The notes beneath the pieces were generated by a model. It worked only from the letters and a program-made list of their open reading frames with translations, had not been told where the DNA came from and ran no database searches. From NCBI GenBank assembly GCA_030698395.1, contig JAUYKW010000001.1, positions 93,735-157,734 on the forward strand: a stretch of 64,000 nt of DNA, read 5' to 3'. Each line of letters starts with the position of its first letter. The first letter of the stretch is position 1. This stretch comes from a bacterium (GTDB lineage Bacteria; Patescibacteriota; Patescibacteriia; UBA9570). The translations under genes were made by a program, and so were the position numbers. Positions 20,067-30,037 of the stretch are shown one piece after another.

Positions 20067-22388
20067 TTGGTGCCACATTTCCGCACATTATCTGAAATCA
20101 GCTACGAGCTAGCAGAAAGAATTCCCTTAGAAATAAAAAAAGGGCCACTTTTCTTTTTAGCACAAGACGAGAAAGAAGCTCGTCAACTTTTTGAACTTTG
20201 CAAATACTGGAACCCAACTTTTCCCTCTGGAGTAATCATTTCATCCTACTATCAACAATATAATAAACTAACAGAAAAAGATTATAAAAATTCCACGATA
20301 TCTTTTGACTCCAAAAATAACATGCAAATTAGTACTCTTGCTGCCAAACTGGTTAAACTAGGTTTCGAGCGCTATCCTAGGGCAGTTGGAGAAAGATCAT
20401 TCGCCGTTAGGGGTAATATATTAGATATTGTAGATAGAAAACCTATCAGAATTGAATTTGATGATAATAAAATAAGCCAGCTAGCGCAGTTCAATCCATC
20501 AACACAAAGAACTGGGGGAAAAGTTGATAATGTAACAATTTATCCAACAGCATATGCGAGCCATATTCCTACTTGGCACGAACATGACCTAACTTATGAA
20601 TTTATTACGCCAAAGTATTATCACAAAAGATTCAATCTCCTAAAAAAAGATGCCGAAGAATTTATTAAAGTAAAAGTTGCTACGAATCATCCTCATAAAG
20701 TAAGAGGGATGATTAAGAATGCCGAAACTACAGATCCCCTAAAGAATCTAGAGGGTTTCATCATTCCTCAAGAACATTTTATTTTTTTAACAGATGATCA
20801 TATTTTTGGTCGTGAAGATGATTTAGAAGAGTTTAAATCGGAATTAGATATTGAAGATTTAGATCCAGGAGATTATGTAGTACACATAGATCATGGTATA
20901 GCATTATTTAATGGCATGTCAGTTGTAGGAAAAGATGATTATCTAGAATTGCACTACGCAAATAATGATAAATTATATGTACCAGTTAATAAAACAAACC
21001 GTATAGAAAAATATGTTGGTGCAGATAACCCAAAATTAACCAGACTATCTGGAGCTCAATGGGAATCAGTTATTCATAAAGTAAAAGAGGATATTATTAA
21101 AACTGCCAAAGAATTACTGGACATGAATGCCCAAAGAAAAATTGTTCATGCAACGGCCATACCAAGAAATTTATCCAGCGAAGAAGAATCCATTGCTCAC
21201 GATGTTGATTTTGAATTAACACCAGATCAGCTACAAGCGATCGAAGATATTATGCAAGATTTAACTGAAGATCAAGCAATGAATAGATTATTATGTGGTG
21301 ATGTAGGCTTTGGTAAAACAGAAGTTGCTCTGCGAGCGGCCGTGCATGTAGTTGAACAAGGTGGGCAAGTTGCATTTATGGCTCCTACTACTATACTCGC
21401 ACAACAACATTACGAAACTTTCCAAAAACGTCTCGAACAATACGGTATTGAAGTTGGTCTGTTATCCCGCTTAACTACAACTAAAGAACAACGCGATCTT
21501 ATTACCAAATTAGGTGAAAAAAAGATTGATATTGTTATTGGTACTCACCGCCTATTATCAAATGATATTAATATTCCAAAATTACAATTGATAGTTGTTG
21601 ATGAAGAGCAAAGATTTGGTGTGAAACATAAAGAAAAATTTAAAAATCTTCGTGCTTCTGCTCACGTGTTAACCATGACAGCAACTCCAATTCCCCGGAC
21701 ATTGAATTTAGCACTTTCCGGATTACAAGAAATATCGGTACTTAACACCGCACCAAAACAACGTCAATCAATCACCACCATCATTGAAGAATTTTCTTCC
21801 GATTTAGAACTTAGAGCAATTCAAGAAGAATTAAGTCGCGACGGTCAAATTTATTTGGTACACAACAACCTCAGTACAATATACTCCAGACATAACTTTA
21901 TCCAACGCAACTTTCCGCATATTAGAGCAGAAATCGCACATGGTCAGATGGAAGCTGGAAAATTAATCAGAATCATGCAAGATTTTCATGCCGGAAATAT
22001 CGATGTTCTAATAGCTTCCACCATCATAGAAAATGGTTTAGATATTGCTAATGCAAATACAATAATTATTGAAAACTCAGAACGTTTTGGTTTGGCTCAG
22101 CTTTATCAATTAAGAGGTAGAATTGGACGTAGCTCCACTAAGGCATACGCTTACCTATTGTATAAATCAAATAAGTTAACGCCCCAAGCAAAGAAACGAC
22201 TCAAGGCTCTACAATCAATTAAAGAGCTAGGTGGAGGATTTGAGCTAGCAATGAAAGACCTAGAAATTAGAGGAGTTGGAGATATATTGGGGAAAAAACA
22301 ACATGGACATGTTCAACAAATTGGTTTGAATATGTATTCAAGATTACTCCAACACGCTATTGAAGAACTAAAACAAGTTAACAACTAA
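20067..22388 (+). CDS. mfd: Transcription-repair coupling factor, short form (773 aa). Lacks the UvrA-binding D2 and C-terminal D7 modules.
   Basis: D1b-like PIRIEFDDNKISQLAQFNPSTQRT. RNAP-interacting domain GDYVVHIDHGIALFNG. SF2 translocase motifs GDVGFGKTEVA, DEEQRFG, QLRGRIGRS and a TRG region. Confidence 0.85.
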   Translation: MVPHFRTLSEISYELAERIPLEIKKGPLFFLAQDEKEARQLFELCKYWNPTFPSGVIISSYYQQYNKLTEKDYKNSTISFDSKNNMQISTLAAKLVKLGFERYPRAVGERSFAVRGNILDIVDRKPIRIEFDDNKISQLAQFNPSTQRTGGKVDNVTIYPTAYASHIPTWHEHDLTYEFITPKYYHKRFNLLKKDAEEFIKVKVATNHPHKVRGMIKNAETTDPLKNLEGFIIPQEHFIFLTDDHIFGREDDLEEFKSELDIEDLDPGDYVVHIDHGIALFNGMSVVGKDDYLELHYANNDKLYVPVNKTNRIEKYVGADNPKLTRLSGAQWESVIHKVKEDIIKTAKELLDMNAQRKIVHATAIPRNLSSEEESIAHDVDFELTPDQLQAIEDIMQDLTEDQAMNRLLCGDVGFGKTEVALRAAVHVVEQGGQVAFMAPTTILAQQHYETFQKRLEQYGIEVGLLSRLTTTKEQRDLITKLGEKKIDIVIGTHRLLSNDINIPKLQLIVVDEEQRFGVKHKEKFKNLRASAHVLTMTATPIPRTLNLALSGLQEISVLNTAPKQRQSITTIIEEFSSDLELRAIQEELSRDGQIYLVHNNLSTIYSRHNFIQRNFPHIRAEIAHGQMEAGKLIRIMQDFHAGNIDVLIASTIIENGLDIANANTIIIENSERFGLAQLYQLRGRIGRSSTKAYAYLLYKSNKLTPQAKKRLKALQSIKELGGGFELAMKDLEIRGVGDILGKKQHGHVQQIGLNMYSRLLQHAIEELKQVNN

Positions 22389-23548
22389 TTAGAAAGTTGA
22401 TCTCCAACTTTTGTTACTTTTCCAACAGTAAACTCATCCAAGAATATTTTAAAAGTTGTTACCACACTATCACCAGAATTAACTGTTTCAGCAACGTTAT
22501 ACACCAGTAATAATTTATCATCTGTATAAGAAATATTTACGAATGCTGCTGAATTTGTATTTGTGAATAGTGGAAATCCCTTACTCAGATCATCCGCGAG
22601 CATCCATATCTGAGATTTTTTTTCTATGTTACTCAGTGTATCAAAGTTATTATTACTAGACACGAATATTAAATAATCTTCAAACCGGAAAAAATTCGTA
22701 ATCATTGATTTGCTCAATTCATTTACCATGGAATATTTATCTCCAGAAACAACATCGTCTAAAATTTTTGAAAAAATTATATTCTCTTCTAATTCACTTA
22801 TCACAACAATACCAGTTTTATCAACATAAACATCAATCACCATACCAATATCCGTTAACTCCTCCTGACGCTTTAATAATCCCTGTTCTGTATATTGGTA
22901 AAAGTTACTTGTAGCATCATCATCGCTTATTACTAAATAAGTTTCACCCTTATCTACACCAATACTGAAATTATCAGTTAAAGCTAACTGATTCCCAATT
23001 AAGACTTCGTTCGATAATGTAAAATCATTAGAATACACTTGCATTGTTAATTGGTCTGATTTACTCAAAAATAAATATAGTTTATCTTGTTGTTGAATTA
23101 ACTTCGGTAAATTTGTATATATTGCATCCTCTTCAAATTCCGCCAATACTATTGGATCATCAATTGATTTAAAATCAAAATCTAGCTTCTGCACGAAATA
23201 GCTATTCTCTTTAACATATCCTAAAATATAAAAATCATTATAAATCAACAAAGTCGGATGCAATCCCGTACCAAGATCAATATTCTGAGTTAAATTTAAT
23301 ATCTCGCTCTTCTCCTGCTGATATTCAATTTTATATTCACCCATTTCTGCAATATCAACATTTTCAACTTCAGTGGCTACACCAGGATCAGATGCAAGTT
23401 CAGGAAAATCCGGTATTTCTTGAACCGTAGATACTACAGCAACTGGCGGAGTTAGCCAATAATATATTCTAATCCCAAGAGAGGCTAAAATAATAATAAC
23501 AAAAAAAGTAACTGCGATTAAAGATTTTTGTTCGCTTGATTTTTTCAT
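22385..23548 (-). CDS. Hypothetical single-pass membrane protein with a large extracytoplasmic domain
   Basis: N-terminal TM segment LIAVTFFVIIILASLGIRIYYWL. No recognised domains. Overlaps its neighbours by 4 nt, suggesting an operon. Confidence 0.55.
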   Translation of the reverse strand: MKKSSEQKSLIAVTFFVIIILASLGIRIYYWLTPPVAVVSTVQEIPDFPELASDPGVATEVENVDIAEMGEYKIEYQQEKSEILNLTQNIDLGTGLHPTLLIYNDFYILGYVKENSYFVQKLDFDFKSIDDPIVLAEFEEDAIYTNLPKLIQQQDKLYLFLSKSDQLTMQVYSNDFTLSNEVLIGNQLALTDNFSIGVDKGETYLVISDDDATSNFYQYTEQGLLKRQEELTDIGMVIDVYVDKTGIVVISELEENIIFSKILDDVVSGDKYSMVNELSKSMITNFFRFEDYLIFVSSNNNFDTLSNIEKKSQIWMLADDLSKGFPLFTNTNSAAFVNISYTDDKLLLVYNVAETVNSGDSVVTTFKIFLDEFTVGKVTKVGDQLSN

Positions 23549-24039
23549 GAAATTAACTTTTCAAATGCTGAAAATAAATCATCATCCAGTGCATATAAAT
23601 GTACTTCCACTAATTGATTATCTACCATGTACATTTGAATTGTTTCTATCATTATTTTCGCAGCCACCTCAACATTAACATCGCCGATACCTGTACCCAT
23701 TCCTGGAAATGCAACAGAATTATATCCTGCCTCATCGGCAGCGCGTAAGGCAGCAACTGTAGCTAACTCCACTTGCTTTGCTGGAATTGGTTCTGCAGGA
23801 TGCTCCATTGTAGGTGCATGAATGATTCCCTTAAAAGGCAACTCTCCAGCAGTAGTAATGTATGCAGCGCCCACTGCACATGGTTGATGGGATACGGCCT
23901 CTTTTTCTATCTCTACACCGCCAGCTGTTTTAATAGCCGCAGCAACACCGCCACCCATCACTCCTTGGCTATTAGCAGGATTAACTATTGCATCAGTTGT
24001 TGCATTTAAAATGTTTTCTTTATGTAATTCAATTTTCAT
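23545..24039 (-). CDS. Macro-domain (ADP-ribose-binding or processing) protein. The start was moved to the internal MKIELHK.
   Basis: NPANSQGVMGGGVAAAIKTAGG...AFPGMGTGIGDV macro-domain signatures. Confidence 0.75.
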   Translation of the reverse strand: MKIELHKENILNATTDAIVNPANSQGVMGGGVAAAIKTAGGVEIEKEAVSHQPCAVGAAYITTAGELPFKGIIHAPTMEHPAEPIPAKQVELATVAALRAADEAGYNSVAFPGMGTGIGDVNVEVAAKIMIETIQMYMVDNQLVEVHLYALDDDLFSAFEKLIS

Positions 24040-24877
24040 ATCTTTGAGTATAAAATACTTTATCAACTGAATCAAACTTCTCTGCGCTAGAAACTCTAGT
24101 TATCCATGTAATTTTATCAAGCTGATAAATATCAAACCAACTATGATATGCAGACATTGATATCTCATCCCCTTGCGCAGACTCTTGAATATTTAAAATA
24201 TCAATGTAATCTGCTATACCAGTTTCAAATTGCGGGCCCCAAAATGCGATACTCTCTGATGTGAGTCCAGCTATACCACCGTTTAAAACATAGGCATCTG
24301 CATTCGCCTCCTTAATTGCTTGATAACTTACTTCCAACAATTTTGTATACTCTTCTGGAGTTCCAATAAACCTAGCTAACGGTGGCTGTTGCAATGATGG
24401 TGAATCAGTAATCTCCCAATAATGTATATCATCTGTATACCGCTCAACTAATTCATGTAAAAAGTTTTTATATAGCCCCTCATCACATGGAGAGTATGGA
24501 GATTGTCCAATTTCTGAAAATACAGCTGGTACCACAAAATTAGAACTATGACACTTAACTTGATCCCACTCTGCATAGGGCCAAATTATTCCCACTAACT
24601 CAATATTTTCTCTTTTAGCATCTGCAACTAACTTATCTATTTCTTCCCAATGCCAATCTGCAGGTAAATCATCTGAATTAGTTTGAATCGCTCCCCATCG
24701 AAACGGACCAGGAAAAACTATTGCCCAGTTAACATCATTCGGTAGCACTGCTAAATCAGTTGTCTCTAACAAAGTAATACCGTAATAATCATCACTTGTT
24801 GAATCATTAAGAATATCGATATTGCTACAACCCGAGAGAGCAATACCGAAACATAAGATTAACAATGATCGCTTCAT
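24029..24877 (-). CDS. Lipoprotein with a putative glycoside-hydrolase-like TIM-barrel domain. The start was moved to the MKRSLL lipobox start at 24877.
   Basis: Lipobox LSGC. A HYWEITDSP segment resembles the GH5/GH39 WE(I/L)WNEP strand. Stop/start overlap with the upstream gene (TAAAATG). Confidence 0.5.
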   Translation of the reverse strand: MKRSLLILCFGIALSGCSNIDILNDSTSDDYYGITLLETTDLAVLPNDVNWAIVFPGPFRWGAIQTNSDDLPADWHWEEIDKLVADAKRENIELVGIIWPYAEWDQVKCHSSNFVVPAVFSEIGQSPYSPCDEGLYKNFLHELVERYTDDIHYWEITDSPSLQQPPLARFIGTPEEYTKLLEVSYQAIKEANADAYVLNGGIAGLTSESIAFWGPQFETGIADYIDILNIQESAQGDEISMSAYHSWFDIYQLDKITWITRVSSAEKFDSVDKVFYTQRYEN

Positions 24878-24878
24878 T

Positions 24879-25880
24879 TTATTGCACGGTAATCGTGCCA
24901 GAAAAAGTATCCGATCTAGTTGGATCTTGATAGGGATAAATTCCCGCAGAGGTGAAAACCTTAGTAAAGGAATCACCAAATGTTAATGGTTGACTAGTCC
25001 AAGAGGTATCAGCTGCAGCGATGACGTGACCAGCTATTTCGTCTTTATTTGTCCATTTAACATAATCATTTACTGCAATAGTTATATCTCCCCCGCTAAA
25101 CCCACTGCTCGTTATATTAATAGTATAAATTATCGGATTTGGTATATGCTCCTCTATATAATCAGGGTCTGTAATATCTGGCGTACCATCATTATCATCA
25201 TCAAACTGTTGTCCTACAACTTCGTCCACGTCATTGATTCCATCACCATCGTCATCTGGATCGGTACTATCTGGAATACCATCATTGTCATGATCAAACG
25301 GATAATCATCATTCACGTCCGAAATTAAATCATTATCATCGTCATCATCCAAATGATCATCTATACCATCATTATCATGATCAAATGGATAAGTATCGTC
25401 TACGTCTAAGATACCATCATTATCATCATCGGTATCTTCGCTATCGTTAATTAGATCATCATCTCTATCTTTATCCTCGAAAGTATAAGCTTTTTTCCGC
25501 CATAAGGATTTCCTACTAGTGTTGGTTTTTAATGCCCTAACTCTAACTGAATACGATTCGTTATGTGTTAATTTTGAATCTTTAAACTTTATGTATGTTC
25601 TTTTTGTTTTTTTTGCTACCAAAACTGTATTACCCTGCTTCACTTTCACGGCAAATTTTCGCGCTCGCTTAGTTTTGTTCCAACTTACTCTAATTTTTTG
25701 AGTAGTTACATTCTGATTTATTTTAACACCCTTTACTCTGCCCAATCTTGGCAGAGTAGATATCTCTCGTATTGTATCATCAACAGCATATGTAGGCTGA
25801 GGATTAGCATTTAGAAAACCAACCAGCAATAACACTGCACAAATTGATAATATAGTTTTAAAGCTGAAATTGACCTTCAT
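24879..25880 (-). CDS. Secreted protein: Lys-rich FN3-like module, TSP3-like Asp-rich Ca-binding repeats, and a C-terminal cupredoxin-like fold without an obvious Cu ligand set
   Basis: Signal peptide. KIRVSWNK...YSVRVRA. Repeats DDYPFDHDNDGIPD. C-terminal VNDYVKWTNKDEIAGHVIAA...GIYPYQDP. Confidence 0.65.
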   Translation of the reverse strand: MKVNFSFKTILSICAVLLLVGFLNANPQPTYAVDDTIREISTLPRLGRVKGVKINQNVTTQKIRVSWNKTKRARKFAVKVKQGNTVLVAKKTKRTYIKFKDSKLTHNESYSVRVRALKTNTSRKSLWRKKAYTFEDKDRDDDLINDSEDTDDDNDGILDVDDTYPFDHDNDGIDDHLDDDDDNDLISDVNDDYPFDHDNDGIPDSTDPDDDGDGINDVDEVVGQQFDDDNDGTPDITDPDYIEEHIPNPIIYTINITSSGFSGGDITIAVNDYVKWTNKDEIAGHVIAAADTSWTSQPLTFGDSFTKVFTSAGIYPYQDPTRSDTFSGTITVQ

Positions 25881-25897
25881 ATGTTAATTCTATTTAT

Positions 25898-28800
25898 CTA
25901 CTTAAGCGTAATCTTAAGCGGTGGAACTCTTTTATTCAATAGACTTTCTATTGTAACTTGGCTGTTAACGATGTATCCATATTCATCACCTGGCTCCAAC
26001 ACGCGTGTAGACTTACCATTTATGCGCAATACATATAATGGTTTATCTTCATTCGCAATAACTATACATGTACCAGCAGTTACTGATAATTCATTTGGCA
26101 CAAAACGTAATTGGCGCAACACAACTCTAACTGATTCATTACCTACACATGCTTTAGTTTCTTCAACAAATTCAGTTTCTGGAACTTCCGTAGATTCATT
26201 CTTTGTAGTTTCACTAGTTGAAATATTTCCTTCTGCTGTAGTCCCTTCAGTTTCAGCAACTGGTTCTTCTGGAGTAATTCCTTCATTTAATAATTGATCT
26301 CTAAGATCTTTATTCTCCTTTTCTAAATCCTCATTTTTTTGCTCTAAATCCTGAACTAATTCACGCAAAACTACAATTTCTTCAACGGCTTTATCTAACT
26401 CCTCTCCCAAACTTATTACTTGCTCATTTACTTCCTCTAGTTCTTCTGATGAAGCTTCTGATGTGTCAGATGTTATTTCTTCTTCTACAACTGAAGTAAC
26501 ATCAGACTCTGGCTGAACATCCTCCTCAACTATTGGTTCTGCAATTACTTGTTCATCCTCTGATTGATCCAATTGTTCGGCTAAATCGGCTGCTGCCGCT
26601 GGATCAGTTTCCTGAATATCTTCTACGATAGCATCTTGTGTTTCATTTACCTGTTCTTGAACTTGATCAATAGCATCATCTACAGATATATCAGCAACAT
26701 TACCTTGGATTGTTTCCAAAATATCCTGTTGTTCCTCTAAGTCCTCAGCTACTGCTACTGCAACATCAGTAGATAAATCGGCTACTACCTCATCAATTGC
26801 ATCCAAATAAGCTTGAAATTGATCAAGCGCCTCATTTACATAAGCGTCTGCACCTGCTTCTAAAGGCTGTCCTGCATCTGGCTCTTCAATTGCTTGTTCC
26901 TCTGCAATTGGTTCATTATCTTGACCATCTGGTATGCCGTCACCATCTGTATCCACTAAATTTGGATCAGACCCTAGTTCGTTTTCCACGCCATCACTTA
27001 ATCCATCGTTATCACTATCAACAGCAGTAGGGTCTGTTTCGTTTTGTTGTTCATCTACATCAGATACTCCATCACCATCTGTATCTGTTGCTAATTGTGT
27101 TTGCTCTTCTGTGGTATTTGGTTGTGCATCTTGATCATCTAAAATTCCATCGTCATCCGTGTCGGAGTTATTCGGATCTGTACCACTGATATTTTCTGTA
27201 CCATCGGATAAACCATCAGCATCCGAATCTGGATCTTCTGGATCGGTACCTAAATCTGCTTCATACTGATCCGAAAGACCATCCTCATCAGTATCAACTT
27301 GATCACTTGCTACAGATGTATCATCTAATGGATCTGTGCCGCTATTTTGTTCCACACCATCTTCCACTCCATCACCATCAGTATCTGCACTTTCAGGATC
27401 TGTTCCATTCGCTTCTTCTTGGTTGTTAGGAACTCCATCCTGATCACCATCTGCAGCAACAGTCGTTCCTGGTGTTGCATCTTCATCATCAGTAATTCCA
27501 TCATTATCCGTATCATCTGAGTTTGGATCTGTTCCCTGATATTCCTCAACTGCATCTGTTAATCCATCTTCGTCAGTATCCTGATTCATGTCAACTGCAT
27601 CTGTTAATCCATCTTCTGTTATGTCTAGTGGCTCATTATCATCAGTAGCCGTAATCTTCTGATCATCAAGCACAACCTGATTATCAGGCACAGTTAGTTC
27701 AACTTGCTCGTCAGGAGTTGATGTATCAACCGCAACTTCTTCAACACAGGCAACCATGATGTTTTTCGCATTTCTAGTTATACTGCTAGTACAATCCCAT
27801 AACGAGGTTGGAATATCTAAAGCAAAAGATGTTGCTGACATAAATTTAGGAACAGCCACTTTATCAATCCGCTGTTTTGCCGGATTATATAAACCCACCA
27901 AAGCACCAGTTCTTGGTACAGTTAATCCGCTAACCTTTCCTGGCATAACCAAATATTCACCAGCTTTCAAAACTGGTACACTGCTAGCAATAACAAATCT
28001 ACTAGAAACACCGCCTGCAAGAACTTCTAATCCATATCCCTGAAGAGGAATATCTAGTTTGGTTGGATTATGCAATTCTATCCAAGCAGGAGTTACTTCA
28101 GTTATAATTATTGTTTCCTCCTCAACGGTTGTATTATCAACTGGTATTGATCTATCTTCATTATTATCAACTGGTATTGATCTATCTTCATACTCATTAG
28201 CCATGGCTTCTGCTTCTGCTAACTTTTCCGCTGCATATTGTGCTGCTAACTCCGCTTTTTTATCTGCATCAAATGTAAGTGCCAATCTTGTCCTCTCAGC
28301 AAAAGTATCTAAAAAATAAATAGGACTATCAGGTGTTAGCCCTGGATCTACCGTTGATGTAGTAGTAGTCGTCTCTGTTTGAGTTGTGTTTGTATTGGAA
28401 GTTGTAGTTGTTTCTTCTACTGGTTCTTCGGTAGTGTCAACCGTCGTTTCGTCAATACCATCATCAGCTGTATCTGCTGTACAATCCTGGATTACATTAG
28501 TTAAATTTTCTGTTTCAACAGATGTACATTGCCAAACTGCACTTTCATATGCCCACGATTCACTAACTTGAACTGATTCATAAAACACGGAATCTACTAA
28601 CCTACCATTTTCGTCTAATAATTGAATAAGCTCTGCCGAATCAACTTGACCCTCAATATAATAATCACCTACTCCCATAACACCAGTTAAGCCATAAGTT
28701 CCAGCGGACCAAACAATTCTCCAATCGTTAACATCAATCGCTTCTCCACTAACATTAACCAACTCAGTAAATGATGCATTAAACTCGTTAAATATAATTT

Positions 28801-29035
28801 TGCCAGTATTATCCTCTGGGCCGGATGTTGTAACTGTTGGTGTATCCGTTGTAACTGTTGGTGTATCACCTAAACTAGTAAAACCAGTGTTCAAATTGGT
28901 ATTTCTAGTAGTAAAGCCACCGGCATCTGTACTAAGTGCGTATACCGCTTGAAATCCTACAGCTGATACAAGTACTGCACCGCATATCAAAGCTATGGAT
29001 TTTACTAAACTAGATATCGATTTGGGCATGATCAT
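25898..29035 (-). CDS. Large secreted protein with two lamin-tail domains (LTD), many TSP3-like repeats and a coiled-coil segment
   Basis: Signal peptide. LTD-like KIIFNEFNASFTELVNVSGEAIDVNDWRIVW...GDYY and ITEVTPAWIELHNPTKLDIPLQGYGLEV. Repeats DTDEDGLTDAVE, DTDNDGITDDEDA. Coiled coil LRELVQDLEQKNEDLEKENKDLRDQL. Confidence 0.75.
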   Translation of the reverse strand: MIMPKSISSLVKSIALICGAVLVSAVGFQAVYALSTDAGGFTTRNTNLNTGFTSLGDTPTVTTDTPTVTTSGPEDNTGKIIFNEFNASFTELVNVSGEAIDVNDWRIVWSAGTYGLTGVMGVGDYYIEGQVDSAELIQLLDENGRLVDSVFYESVQVSESWAYESAVWQCTSVETENLTNVIQDCTADTADDGIDETTVDTTEEPVEETTTTSNTNTTQTETTTTTSTVDPGLTPDSPIYFLDTFAERTRLALTFDADKKAELAAQYAAEKLAEAEAMANEYEDRSIPVDNNEDRSIPVDNTTVEEETIIITEVTPAWIELHNPTKLDIPLQGYGLEVLAGGVSSRFVIASSVPVLKAGEYLVMPGKVSGLTVPRTGALVGLYNPAKQRIDKVAVPKFMSATSFALDIPTSLWDCTSSITRNAKNIMVACVEEVAVDTSTPDEQVELTVPDNQVVLDDQKITATDDNEPLDITEDGLTDAVDMNQDTDEDGLTDAVEEYQGTDPNSDDTDNDGITDDEDATPGTTVAADGDQDGVPNNQEEANGTDPESADTDGDGVEDGVEQNSGTDPLDDTSVASDQVDTDEDGLSDQYEADLGTDPEDPDSDADGLSDGTENISGTDPNNSDTDDDGILDDQDAQPNTTEEQTQLATDTDGDGVSDVDEQQNETDPTAVDSDNDGLSDGVENELGSDPNLVDTDGDGIPDGQDNEPIAEEQAIEEPDAGQPLEAGADAYVNEALDQFQAYLDAIDEVVADLSTDVAVAVAEDLEEQQDILETIQGNVADISVDDAIDQVQEQVNETQDAIVEDIQETDPAAAADLAEQLDQSEDEQVIAEPIVEEDVQPESDVTSVVEEEITSDTSEASSEELEEVNEQVISLGEELDKAVEEIVVLRELVQDLEQKNEDLEKENKDLRDQLLNEGITPEEPVAETEGTTAEGNISTSETTKNESTEVPETEFVEETKACVGNESVRVVLRQLRFVPNELSVTAGTCIVIANEDKPLYVLRINGKSTRVLEPGDEYGYIVNSQVTIESLLNKRVPPLKITLK
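28137..28184. repeat. Perfect 24-bp tandem duplication (x2) inside the LTD protein gene. It encodes EDRSIPVDNN/EDRSIPVDNT.
   Basis: tcaactggtattgatctatcttca occurs twice consecutively. Confidence 0.7.
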
Positions 29036-29036
29036 A

Positions 29037-29906
29037 TTATTTTTTTGTTAAGTTAACTATATGAGGGTAAGGTATGATTATTTTTTCTTTATCAAATGCT
29101 ATTTTAATCCGTTTCCGTAATTCTCTTTGCACACTCCATTGATGATCGGCTTCTACTTTACCATGCAACCTAATTTTGATTGCAGAGTCAGCTAAATCAT
29201 CAACACCTAATACTGTTGGTTGCGTTTGAATATAAACTTTCCATTCATCATCGTTTGCTAATTCTTCAGCAACCAAATTTAATACATTTGTTACATGATC
29301 GATATTACTATCATAATCTACAGAGATACTTAAATTTACATTTGCCCAATCCTTTGTATAGTTAACTACATTTTTTATTTCTCCATTAGGCACATGATGT
29401 TCAGCACCACTCATATCTCTTAGTACCGTTCTGCGTAAAGATATATCAACCACTTTTCCTTTAGCCTCACCAAGCTTTACCACATCCCCTTTTACATATT
29501 GATTCTCTATCAAAATAAATATTCCAGATAAAAAATCTTTCACTAAGGATTGCGCACCAAAACCAAGGGCAACTCCCATCACACCAGCTCCAGCAAGAAT
29601 TGGACCAATGTTCACCTGTAATTCAGATAAAATTGTAGTACCGGTTATTAAAACCATAACCCAAAGACCAATCTTGTTAATAATCATGCTGAGAGTATCT
29701 ATTCTTTGAATATCATCTTTAGATAGCCCTACATCATGATTAAATGATAAGGCTGTTTTTCTCTTAGTCAATGCAACGCCAATTGCGCGACGACCAAATT
29801 TTTCTATCGCCCAATAAACCAAAAGTGCAAATGCTAATATTAACACCAACCTAAATATCAAAATTTGATTTTCTAATATCCAACTAATAAAACCTTCTTT
29901 CGTCAT
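29037..29906 (-). CDS. mscS: Small-conductance mechanosensitive channel (MscS family)
   Basis: TM helices. The conserved pore/beta-domain region GAQSLVKDFLSGIFILIENQYVKGDVVKLGEAKGKVVDISLRRTVLRDMSG..HHVPNGEI. Confidence 0.85.
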   Translation of the reverse strand: MTKEGFISWILENQILIFRLVLILAFALLVYWAIEKFGRRAIGVALTKRKTALSFNHDVGLSKDDIQRIDTLSMIINKIGLWVMVLITGTTILSELQVNIGPILAGAGVMGVALGFGAQSLVKDFLSGIFILIENQYVKGDVVKLGEAKGKVVDISLRRTVLRDMSGAEHHVPNGEIKNVVNYTKDWANVNLSISVDYDSNIDHVTNVLNLVAEELANDDEWKVYIQTQPTVLGVDDLADSAIKIRLHGKVEADHQWSVQRELRKRIKIAFDKEKIIIPYPHIVNLTKK

Positions 29907-30037
29907 ATGACTGTAATGTAATATCTATATCTAAGATCCTCCTTTATTTTCACATCATTATTATAACAAAAAAAGTACTAATAGTGAAGATAACTATCCT
30001 ATCACTTCAATAATTAAAAATACTACCTACTAAGAAG

